A DNA stretch of 64,000 nt from the NCBI GenBank assembly GCA_945859975.1, contig CAMAPH010000004.1, forward strand, positions 64,001 through 128,000, given 5' to 3'. A program made the translations under genes and the position numbers. Each line of letters opens with the position of its first letter. Position 1 is the first letter of the stretch. This DNA comes from Chthonomonas calidirosea. GTDB taxonomy: Bacteria > Armatimonadota > Fimbriimonadia > Fimbriimonadales > Fimbriimonadaceae. The notes beneath the pieces were generated by a model that did no database searches, was not told the origin of the DNA, and saw only the letters and a list, made by a program, of their open reading frames with translations. This document shows positions 1 to 7,692 of this stretch, one piece after another.

Positions 1-136
1 GCCGCTCAGGTCTTTCCCGTTGAAAATGGAGAACCAGTGGCCATCCAAAGTGGAATTGGCCACGGTTGGAGCCAGAAACAGGGCAGCGAGAAGAGCGACC
101 GGGGCACGCATCACACAACGCTACCCCGAACGATGG

Positions 137-2512
137 TCAGTCTTCGTCGCGAACGTCCATCCCGAACCGGCGAACCGCGCCCGGATACGGCACGTTGCCC
201 TTCACGCTCCGCCAAATCGCTTCGTTCAAAGCGATTTCCTGGCTCAGCGTCAACTGGTCGGGCTCGGAGAAGTCGATCGCTGCGAGCAGCGGAGTTTCTT
301 TCGCCGCCGGATTCTTAGCTTCGAGGTCCGTCTTCGGCCGCTTGGCCACATACGGCGTGAGATCTGGCTTGTTGTGGAAGCTGCGATACATCGGCGTCGC
401 CGCGGCATCGAACTGGCTCATCGGCTGCAGGCCCAGGATCAACTCGATGGTTCGGACGGTCGAAGTCGTCGTGTAGTGAGTTCGGTCCAGGCCCGAGTTC
501 CGGGTGTACGGAGAAATCACGAGGCTGACCGTTCGGTGCGCGTCCACGTGGTCGGGACCGTTTTGCGCGTCGTCTTCCAGAACGAAGATTGCGAACTTCG
601 ACCAGTAACTGCTCTTGGAGATCGTCTCAACGAGCTTGCCAAGACCGTAGTCGTTGCTTGCCACCGATGCCTGTGGGGTAAAGGCTCCGGCCCGGGTTCC
701 ACTCGTGTGGTCTTCGCTCAGGGCCATCACCATGAAGTCCGGCATGGTCTTCTTCGCTTCGAATTCCTTGAACTCGTTGATGAAGATGTCGACCGCTTTG
801 TAGTCGCGCTCGTTCTTTGATCGCGCCGAAGCCCAGGCGTCGCTGCGCCGATCGGTGGTGTGATAGTAGTAGGTTCGATATGTCTTCCCGGCCCGACGAA
901 CCTGGTCCCAGATGAAGCCCGATGGGGTCGTCGAGAGTTCCAAGCTCAACCGCGGTGTTCCCTTTCCGCTGTACTGCTGCGGCCAGGTGCGCTGCATGAA
1001 GTCCGGAACGTAAGCGCCCTTACTCCAATGGTGCCCGTCAACCGAGACTTCTCCGCTCGCATAAAAGTTGTCTTGTAGAACGAAGTCCATTGCCAGTTGG
1101 CGGTGGTTCGGGGCGACGTCTTCTCCGAACAAAGTCAGTTTCGGATCACCGTTACCGTACGGCTTCCCGTTCTTCTTCAGGTCGCCGAACATCTGGTCGT
1201 AGGTTCGGTTTTCCTTGATGATGTACAGAACGTGCTTGATCGGCGATGGGTCGCCGAGGCGACTTGGGATTGGGCTCGTGCCAGCTTTCGGCGCGGTCAG
1301 TGGCTTTTCCACGACGCCTTCTCGGTACGGCGACAGATCGCGGACCTGCTTCGACATCTTGTCCAGCTCCGCTCCCTTCGGCACATCGACCTTTGTGAGC
1401 AGGCCTTTGAGGAGAACAACGATGTACGGATATCCCTTTGGCGCGATTGGATCGATCTTCTCGGTGTCGCCGTTCGGTCCGGTTCCATACCCTTTACCAG
1501 CAGCAGCAAGGAGCGTCTTGCCATCGGCGAGCACGCCGAGCGCGGTCGGATAAGCGCCGGTCGGAACAAACCCTTCCACCCGGGTCGCCATTCGGTCGGC
1601 GATATTCAAGATTCCGACGCAGTTGTTGTCTGAGTTTGCTACGTAGAGTCGCTTTCCGTCGGCGGTCAGGGCCAGTGCATGCGGGGTGGAGCCGGCCGGC
1701 GCATTGGGCCAAGGTCGGGTGTTGATTCGCTCTTCCCGCGTGCCGGTGTAGAGGTCGAAGATGTCAACCGTGTCGTCGTTTCCGCATGAGACAAAAAGTC
1801 GATCGCCCTGCACGAGCAGGTCGTTCGGGTGCCGTCCGGTTGCGTAGCTCTTCGTGATCGTGAATTCCGTCGCGTCGATTCGGATGGCTCGCTCTGCGCC
1901 TTGAAGCGAAACGAGCATGTCGTAGCCCACGCGTCGAACCTGGTGCGGAGATGACCCAACCGGCAACGCCAGCTTAGCGACGGACGCGCCCGTTTCGAGG
2001 TCAATCTTGCGGAGCTCATCTCCGGCCGCAAGGGCGACGACAACATACTTTTCATCCGCCGTTAGCTGTAACCCAGCCAGCCAGCCGGTGTTGCCCTTGA
2101 TCTCGGTAACCGGCAAAGTCTTTTCGAGTTTGAGTTCTCCATCCAGCGCGACCGAAACGATGTGAATGTTATTCCCGGTCCCGCCGCTCACCACGAGCTT
2201 GCTCGAATCTGCCATCCAAGCCATGCCGATCCACGCGCGGCCGAGGCTTAACTTCTTGGCAACTTTGCCCGTAGCAGCATCGACTACGAAGAGCTGATGA
2301 CTCCCTTGCCCCGCCGAAACGAAAGCGATCCATTTTCCGTTCGGGCTTGACACCCCACCCGCCGCGAGGTCGCCAATGGTTTCGCTCGGACCTGCCGGGG
2401 AGATTCGCCAACCAGAAGGGAGATAGGTCGCTACTTTCGGCTGAAAAGCGGTGAACGCAACGGCCGAGGCAACAACGGCGATTCCGGCGATGAGAGTTAG
2501 CTTCTTGTTCAT
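137..2512 (-). CDS. Secreted bifunctional YncE-like beta-propeller / alkaline phosphatase-superfamily phosphoesterase
   Basis: N-terminal signal peptide; YVTN-type propeller repeats (TGRHPNDL, LYVANSDNN); C-terminal IKHVLYIIKENRTYDQMFGD and EDDAQNGPDHVDAHR phosphoesterase motifs. Start moved to ATG 2512 (MNKKL). Confidence 0.85.
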   Translation of the reverse strand: MNKKLTLIAGIAVVASAVAFTAFQPKVATYLPSGWRISPAGPSETIGDLAAGGVSSPNGKWIAFVSAGQGSHQLFVVDAATGKVAKKLSLGRAWIGMAWMADSSKLVVSGGTGNNIHIVSVALDGELKLEKTLPVTEIKGNTGWLAGLQLTADEKYVVVALAAGDELRKIDLETGASVAKLALPVGSSPHQVRRVGYDMLVSLQGAERAIRIDATEFTITKSYATGRHPNDLLVQGDRLFVSCGNDDTVDIFDLYTGTREERINTRPWPNAPAGSTPHALALTADGKRLYVANSDNNCVGILNIADRMATRVEGFVPTGAYPTALGVLADGKTLLAAAGKGYGTGPNGDTEKIDPIAPKGYPYIVVLLKGLLTKVDVPKGAELDKMSKQVRDLSPYREGVVEKPLTAPKAGTSPIPSRLGDPSPIKHVLYIIKENRTYDQMFGDLKKNGKPYGNGDPKLTLFGEDVAPNHRQLAMDFVLQDNFYASGEVSVDGHHWSKGAYVPDFMQRTWPQQYSGKGTPRLSLELSTTPSGFIWDQVRRAGKTYRTYYYHTTDRRSDAWASARSKNERDYKAVDIFINEFKEFEAKKTMPDFMVMALSEDHTSGTRAGAFTPQASVASNDYGLGKLVETISKSSYWSKFAIFVLEDDAQNGPDHVDAHRTVSLVISPYTRNSGLDRTHYTTTSTVRTIELILGLQPMSQFDAAATPMYRSFHNKPDLTPYVAKRPKTDLEAKNPAAKETPLLAAIDFSEPDQLTLSQEIALNEAIWRSVKGNVPYPGAVRRFGMDVRDED

Positions 2513-2523
2513 TTCTGGGATTC

Positions 2524-3387
2524 TCACTTGCCCGCTTCGACCTTCGGAAGCGTGCTGACGATATCACGAAGCATCTTCTGCTCCTTCACGACAACTTGAG
2601 CCATAAGCTCGTCTACCTTTGCCTGCTTGGCCTCATCCGCCAGAGGCTTCTTGATGGCCACATCTTCGATCTCGGCCTTGCTCAGCCCAGCTTCTTTGCC
2701 GACCTCGCCGATCACGTTTCCAAGCTGGGTGCTCTGCTTCTCTCGGTACGACTTGCTCCAGCTCTTAAAGGCCGCCTGGTCTTTCTCCCAAGCCTTCGCG
2801 ATCTCCGGCGCGGACTTTGTGTAGTGCTTGATGCCGTCGGTGTACACCTGATTGATCAGCGACACGCCAGAAGCGACGCTCAGCGTGGTAATCGGCTCGA
2901 GCCCAATGATTCGGTAGCTCGCGAGCCTTAGCGCGGCAAAGTAATCGCTCGCGTCCTTGCCTTTCTCGGTCGCAAGCTTCTCACCGTGATTGGAGAGCGC
3001 GCGCAGAACGCTCAAACTCGACTCGTTCTCATAAGCCGGGAGCTCAGGGATGTAGTGAATGACATCCTTCTTTTCGTTGCCGGCAAGAAGCGACTTCAAA
3101 GCAGCGGATGTGTCGCCTTCCTTTGCGGCGACGGCGGCGCGAAGATAGTCCGTAAATCCGTTCTCGGGTTTCGCTTCTTCGGCGGTTTTCAGATACTCAC
3201 GCGCTTTTGCGGGTTCGAAGCTGGCGGTTTCGGAAACGCCCTTGAATGCGGCCCCTACCGTTGCATCAACATATTTCTGGTCCGGCGATTCGTTGGACTT
3301 CAGAATGTCTCCCCCGCGGGAGGCCCAAAGAAATCCGGCGACGGCCAAGAGAACGAATGCGATGGCGGGTAAGAACTTTTTTATCAT
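2524..3387 (-). CDS. Hypothetical helical protein with N-terminal membrane anchor or signal peptide
   Basis: Long ORF with a hydrophobic N-terminus (MIKKFLPAIAFVLLAVAGFLW), co-oriented with and 11 nt from the phosphoesterase gene. Confidence 0.7.
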   Translation of the reverse strand: MIKKFLPAIAFVLLAVAGFLWASRGGDILKSNESPDQKYVDATVGAAFKGVSETASFEPAKAREYLKTAEEAKPENGFTDYLRAAVAAKEGDTSAALKSLLAGNEKKDVIHYIPELPAYENESSLSVLRALSNHGEKLATEKGKDASDYFAALRLASYRIIGLEPITTLSVASGVSLINQVYTDGIKHYTKSAPEIAKAWEKDQAAFKSWSKSYREKQSTQLGNVIGEVGKEAGLSKAEIEDVAIKKPLADEAKQAKVDELMAQVVVKEQKMLRDIVSTLPKVEAGK

Positions 3388-3420
3388 GGGTGGGCTGCGC
3401 AAAGAGTAGCGGTTTTGCCG

Positions 3421-3453
3421 AGAAAAGGGTCCATCCCTTCCGGAATGGACCCT
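3421..3453 (-). terminator. Rho-independent terminator-like hairpin after prepilin-like gene 1
   Basis: Minus strand reads AGGGTCCATTCCG-GAA-GGGATGGACCCT-TTTCT. Confidence 0.7.
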
Positions 3454-3469
3454 GAGTTACGCGTTGACC

Positions 3470-4372
3470 TTATCGGTCGCAGCCGGCTTCTTTGACAGGG
3501 AAGCCGCAGTAATCTCTGCTCTCGGTTTCCCAATAGGTGAAGATTCCAGCCTGCTGGTATTCCCAAACGAGCTGTCGGATGGACTTCGCGGTGCCGGTGC
3601 TGGTTCGGTAATCCAGTTCCTTCTGGTACTTCGCGTGACCGTCTGCGAACGACCAGTTTCGGCCGCCCGTGTGTCGCTGTCCTCGCTCCCATCGACCGGT
3701 TCCGTTTCCGAGGTTGCCATAACCTGGGACGGTGTACCAACCGGAGAAGTTGAGGCCGCTGACTCGGGTCGAACCAACGTCGGTCGAGTAGAACATGTTG
3801 GCTGGCGTACCGATCTGGCTGAGGTTTCGGCCTCGATCGCCGGTCCATGGGCCCTCGCTGACTCGTCGGTAGCCTGGCATCAGAAGGTAGTTACCAGCGT
3901 ACGACGCAGGAAGAACCTTAACGAACTCGAGTCCGTTGTTGACGTCGGCCATGCCAACGTAAGCGCCTGGGACGCCAGCCGCCAAGAACATCTTTTCGAA
4001 GCAGCCTTCACCTGGCTTTCCGAAAACGCCCTTGTCAGCGTCGGCTGGACAAGCGATCATCTGCCAGTTCTTGCTGTATGGGAAGATGCCGGTGAGGAAG
4101 CTCTGAACACCCGAGAATTCGTCGTTGAGACCAGCGGTTCCGCCTGGAGCCGAGCAGGGTCCGATCCAGCCGGTTTCAGGAAGCATGTCATCGTAATCCG
4201 AGCTATAAAGAATAACCGCGGTACCGATCTGCTTCTGGTTGCTCAAAGATGTGGTTTTCTTTGCCGCTGCCTTGGCCTGGGCGAAAACTGGGAATAGGAT
4301 GGCGGCGAGAATCGCAATAATCGCGATAACGACGAGAAGTTCAATTAACGTAAAAGCATGCTTCTTGTGCAC
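3470..4372 (-). CDS. Prepilin-type N-terminal cleavage/methylation domain protein (DUF1559 / H-X9-DG family)
   Basis: AFTLIELLVVIAIIAILAAILFPVFAQAK N-terminus; C-terminal HTGGRNWSFADG (H-X9-DG); GGAGGAG SD at 4379-4385. Confidence 0.9.
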   Translation of the reverse strand: MHKKHAFTLIELLVVIAIIAILAAILFPVFAQAKAAAKKTTSLSNQKQIGTAVILYSSDYDDMLPETGWIGPCSAPGGTAGLNDEFSGVQSFLTGIFPYSKNWQMIACPADADKGVFGKPGEGCFEKMFLAAGVPGAYVGMADVNNGLEFVKVLPASYAGNYLLMPGYRRVSEGPWTGDRGRNLSQIGTPANMFYSTDVGSTRVSGLNFSGWYTVPGYGNLGNGTGRWERGQRHTGGRNWSFADGHAKYQKELDYRTSTGTAKSIRQLVWEYQQAGIFTYWETESRDYCGFPVKEAGCDR

Positions 4373-4402
4373 AATAGTCTCCTCCGGCTACCCGGACTGC
4401 CT

Positions 4403-4448
4403 AGCATAGGCATCGACCTTGTTAAGCAAGGGTTAAGTTTTCGTTAAA
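4403..4448 (-). promoter_or_regulatory. Pho-box-like triple direct repeat plus -10 box
   Basis: Minus strand TTTAACGA-aaa-CTTAACCC-ttg-CTTAACAA (11-bp period), then 10 nt, then TATGCT. Confidence 0.7.
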
Positions 4449-4508
4449 TCGTTCATAACAAATGAACCTTAACAGCATGTTAACCGTCAAAGGCGGCTTA
4501 CTTAGCTT

Positions 4509-4865
4509 ATGCGACGACTCATTTGGGCGGTTCTTCTGCTATCGGCTTTTGCACTAGTTGGGTGTGGAGAGTCCTCGGCACCGGTAAGCAGCGAGCAGAC
4601 CCGAGAAATGACCAGCACCCCATGGGGGATGTTCAGCGGCACCGGAAGAAGCGAAGGCATGCAAGTTCAATTTGATGCTGGAAACGAGATGACCTTCACC
4701 GATTCGACCGGCGCAAAGTCCGGAACGTACACCATGGACGAGGCAGCAAAACAGATCACCGTTGACCTCAATGGGCAGAAGCAAGTGTGGGGTTACAAGC
4801 GAGATGGCCTGAATCTAGAGATCACCTTCCAGGATGGTCGCACCGGCACGTTCACGATGCAGTGA
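4509..4865 (+). CDS. Small hypothetical lipoprotein
   Basis: Lipobox LVGC after a hydrophobic signal; beta-strand-rich body. Confidence 0.75.
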   Translation: MRRLIWAVLLLSAFALVGCGESSAPVSSEQTREMTSTPWGMFSGTGRSEGMQVQFDAGNEMTFTDSTGAKSGTYTMDEAAKQITVDLNGQKQVWGYKRDGLNLEITFQDGRTGTFTMQ

Positions 4866-4880
4866 TCGAAGTCTTAACAA

Positions 4881-6581
4881 ATGCTTAACTATGACGTCGC
4901 AATCATCGGGGGCGGTCCTGCCGGGAGTACGCTCGGTACCTTAATCAAGAAGTACGCACCAGATGCTTCCGTAGTCATATTGGAACGCGAGCAGTTTCCC
5001 CGTGAGCATGTCGGGGAAAGCCAGCTACCCCTTATCGGAAGCATCCTCGATGAGATGGGAGTCTGGGAGAAAGTCGAAGCCGCCAACTTCCCCATCAAAA
5101 TAGGCGCCACCTACCGCTGGGGCAAAACGGACGACCTTTGGGATTTCGAGTTTCTCCCGGGCAAAGACTTCGTCGGCGGAGATCGTCCGGCAAAGTACGA
5201 AGGTGAACGCCGCAAGACCGCATTCCAGGTCGAACGGTCCATCTACGACAAAATCCTCCTCGACCACGCCCGAGAATGCGGCTGCGAAGTTCGAGAAAAC
5301 ACGTCCGTCACCCAAGTTCTCCATGAGGGCGGGGCGGTTACCGGACTCCAGACCACAGGCGGTGAAGTCAAAGCCAAATACTATGTCGACGGAAGCGGAA
5401 ATGCCGCGATCCTTCGCCGCGCACTTGGCGTTACGGTTGACGAACCAAGCCGACTGAAGAACGTCGCCTTCTGGTCCTATTGGGACGATGCCGAGTGGGC
5501 GGTGACCCTTGGCAAGGGTGGAACGCGGGTCAATGTCATGAGTCTCGGGTACGGCTGGCTCTGGTTCATCCCGATCTCCGCCACCCGAGTCAGCGTCGGC
5601 CTCGTTCTCCCTGCCGATGCGTACAAAGCCAAGAAGCTCCGCCCAGAAGATCTGTACCTTGAGGCGATCCAGAGCGAAGCGCTGATTTCGAAGCTCTTAA
5701 GAAACGCGACTCAACATGGACCCGTCCACGGAACAAAGGACTGGTCCTTCGTTGCCAACCAAATGGCCGGGCCGAACTGGTACTTGGTTGGGGAAGCTGC
5801 CGGATTTGCTGATCCCATCCTCGCCGCCGGTCTCACTCTCACCCACACCGGTGCACGCGAGCTTGCGTACATCCTTGTGGATCACCTGAAAGGAACAAAT
5901 GATCGCGATTGGCTGGCTTCGCACTACCAAGTCACCCAACAAAAGCGGATTCGCCAGCACATCCGCTTTGCAGACTACTGGTACACCGCCAACGCTCACT
6001 TCTCCGAACTCAAGGAGTTCGTCACCGAAATCGCAAAAGACGCGGGATTGGAGCTGACGCCGAACGAAGCCTTCCAGTGGCTCGGTACTGGCGGATTCAT
6101 CAACGATGACTGGCGCGTGGCGCGGGTAGCAACGTTCGCCCTTGGCGCGACCAAGCAGCTCACCCAGTTCTTCGGCGAAGGCGATTCCACTTGGGAAATT
6201 TCGAAGTTCAGCCGCTTCCGAGCTAATCTTGCGGGTGCCGAAGTCGAGACCGTCCCCGCGTTCCACATGGGCCAAATCTTGCTTAAGCAGTCTCTCCGCC
6301 GAGGTGAGGAAGTGCTGCCTCTGGTCGGCGTCTACCAAAAGTTGGCCGACTTTCTACAGCTCGAACGTACCGCGCAAGAGGTTCAAACCTTTCTATCGAT
6401 CACATGCCCGTCCCCGGTGGCGTATACCAACGGCATCGAAGTCTTCGAAGCGATGCTCGTTGCCGGCTGGGTCACCGGCCGCTGCGGGGCCGGCATACCA
6501 GGGTTCGAAATCCGCACTCCCGACCAGTCCGAGGTTCTACATCTGAACAATGATCAAGTAGAACCAATGATGAATTCTTAA
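4881..6581 (+). CDS. Flavin-dependent halogenase-family FAD oxidoreductase
   Basis: GGGPAG, FPREHVGES, FPIK (candidate catalytic Lys), WLWFIP (WxWxIP), GEAAGFADP. Confidence 0.8.
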   Translation: MLNYDVAIIGGGPAGSTLGTLIKKYAPDASVVILEREQFPREHVGESQLPLIGSILDEMGVWEKVEAANFPIKIGATYRWGKTDDLWDFEFLPGKDFVGGDRPAKYEGERRKTAFQVERSIYDKILLDHARECGCEVRENTSVTQVLHEGGAVTGLQTTGGEVKAKYYVDGSGNAAILRRALGVTVDEPSRLKNVAFWSYWDDAEWAVTLGKGGTRVNVMSLGYGWLWFIPISATRVSVGLVLPADAYKAKKLRPEDLYLEAIQSEALISKLLRNATQHGPVHGTKDWSFVANQMAGPNWYLVGEAAGFADPILAAGLTLTHTGARELAYILVDHLKGTNDRDWLASHYQVTQQKRIRQHIRFADYWYTANAHFSELKEFVTEIAKDAGLELTPNEAFQWLGTGGFINDDWRVARVATFALGATKQLTQFFGEGDSTWEISKFSRFRANLAGAEVETVPAFHMGQILLKQSLRRGEEVLPLVGVYQKLADFLQLERTAQEVQTFLSITCPSPVAYTNGIEVFEAMLVAGWVTGRCGAGIPGFEIRTPDQSEVLHLNNDQVEPMMNS

Positions 6582-6611
6582 CAGTCACTTAACGCAATGG
6601 CGGAATACTCT
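6577..6611 (+). promoter_or_regulatory. Pho-box-like double direct repeat plus -10 box
   Basis: CTTAACAG-tca-CTTAACGC, then 10 nt, then TACTCT; upstream of prepilin-like gene 2 and the phytase. Confidence 0.7.
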
Positions 6612-6641
6612 TGCCCATCTGCGATTCCGCAGGTGAGCAAT

Positions 6642-7625
6642 ATGAAAAAGGCATTCACCCTCATCGAACTTTTGGTTGTTATTGCAATCATCGCAATCCT
6701 GGCCGCCATTCTCTTCCCTGTTTTCGCTCAGGCAAAGCAGGCCGCTAAGAAGACTGCCGACCTCAGCAACACCAAGCAGATCGGTCTCGGACTTCAGCTT
6801 TACATCGCAGACACGGACGACATGTTCCCGCCAAGCAACCACCGCGAGAACAACTCGTCGGCGAACGAAGTTCACTGGAGCTGGATGATTCTTCCTTACA
6901 TCAAGAGCGAGCAGCTGTTCGTTTCTCCAGCCGACACGATTGGCGGATGGGCACCGGGTTGCTTCAACGAAGCAAACAACAACCGAGGTTTCGGCAAGCC
7001 AGGAATCCAGCTTAATGGCTGCGTTCAGCAGGGCTACCAGGCTGGCGTCTTCACCCTTCAGGTCGGACGAATCTCCTACGTTGCTAACCAGGCCATCATC
7101 GGTCGAAAGCGACAAGACAGCGACACGTCGAACGTTGTTAGCTCAACCGCGATCGACGGCGTGAGCTCCACCATCCTCGTTGCACCAGCCACCGAAAAGC
7201 AGTTCTGCATGCAGACCACGGCCGGCGGCGAATTCCGCAGCTACCGACCAGCTTTCGGTATCGGACGAAGCGGACAGCGAGACCTCAGCGGTTCTTCGCT
7301 TCCTTCCGCAGCTGACCTTCCGCTCGAAGCACTCACCGTTAGCGGCGCAAACACCGCCACCGGAAAGTGGGCTGGAAAGGGCACCGTCGGTCAGGTCTTC
7401 GATTGCGAACTCCGAACCACCAACGGCGGCGCAACCCACACCCTTCGATACACGAACGGTGGCCGATTCGACCAGGGCAACAACTACGTCTTCGCAGACT
7501 CGTCCGCGAAGTTCCGAAACACGTTGCAGACCTTCGATGTCCGCAACTACGCTTGGGGCAAGCAGGCCTACTCGCTCGGCGGCAGCGTTGTTGTCGACCC
7601 AGCGACCGGCTTCCCAGTCAACTGA
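6642..7625 (+). CDS. Prepilin-type N-terminal cleavage/methylation domain protein (DUF1559-like)
   Basis: MKKAFTLIELLVVIAIIAILAAILFPVFAQAK; C-terminal FDQGNNYVFADS, a variant of H-X9-DG; AGGTGAG upstream of ATG 6642. Confidence 0.9.
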   Translation: MKKAFTLIELLVVIAIIAILAAILFPVFAQAKQAAKKTADLSNTKQIGLGLQLYIADTDDMFPPSNHRENNSSANEVHWSWMILPYIKSEQLFVSPADTIGGWAPGCFNEANNNRGFGKPGIQLNGCVQQGYQAGVFTLQVGRISYVANQAIIGRKRQDSDTSNVVSSTAIDGVSSTILVAPATEKQFCMQTTAGGEFRSYRPAFGIGRSGQRDLSGSSLPSAADLPLEALTVSGANTATGKWAGKGTVGQVFDCELRTTNGGATHTLRYTNGGRFDQGNNYVFADSSAKFRNTLQTFDVRNYAWGKQAYSLGGSVVVDPATGFPVN

Positions 7626-7645
7626 GCTTAAGCTCACATTCACGC

Positions 7646-7675
7646 GATGGCTACCGGGTACACCCGGTAGCCATC
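7646..7675. repeat. Perfect intergenic inverted repeat (mRNA stabiliser or partial terminator)
   Basis: GATGGCTACCGGG-TACA-CCCGGTAGCCATC with no U-tract; palindrome TGAGCTTAAGCTCA nearby at 7623-7636. Confidence 0.7.
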
Positions 7676-7692
7676 ACTGCGTCTACACCGCC

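Noticed and set aside
20..1633. Long antisense or alternative-frame ORFs (e.g. 20..820, 12109..13209, 18750..20078, 60118..61362)
   Set aside because: They shadow well-supported genes, carry no motifs, and are expected in GC-rich DNA.
4509..7625. Halogenase as part of a secondary-metabolite gene cluster
   Set aside because: No PKS/NRPS, clear precursor peptide, carrier protein or exporter is adjacent.
7180..7692. N-terminal extension of the phytase ORF, suggesting a fusion or frameshift with the prepilin-like gene
   Set aside because: It is an off-frame overlap of the prepilin-like gene and runs through the intergenic hairpin; a hydrophobic N-terminus begins at ATG 7693.
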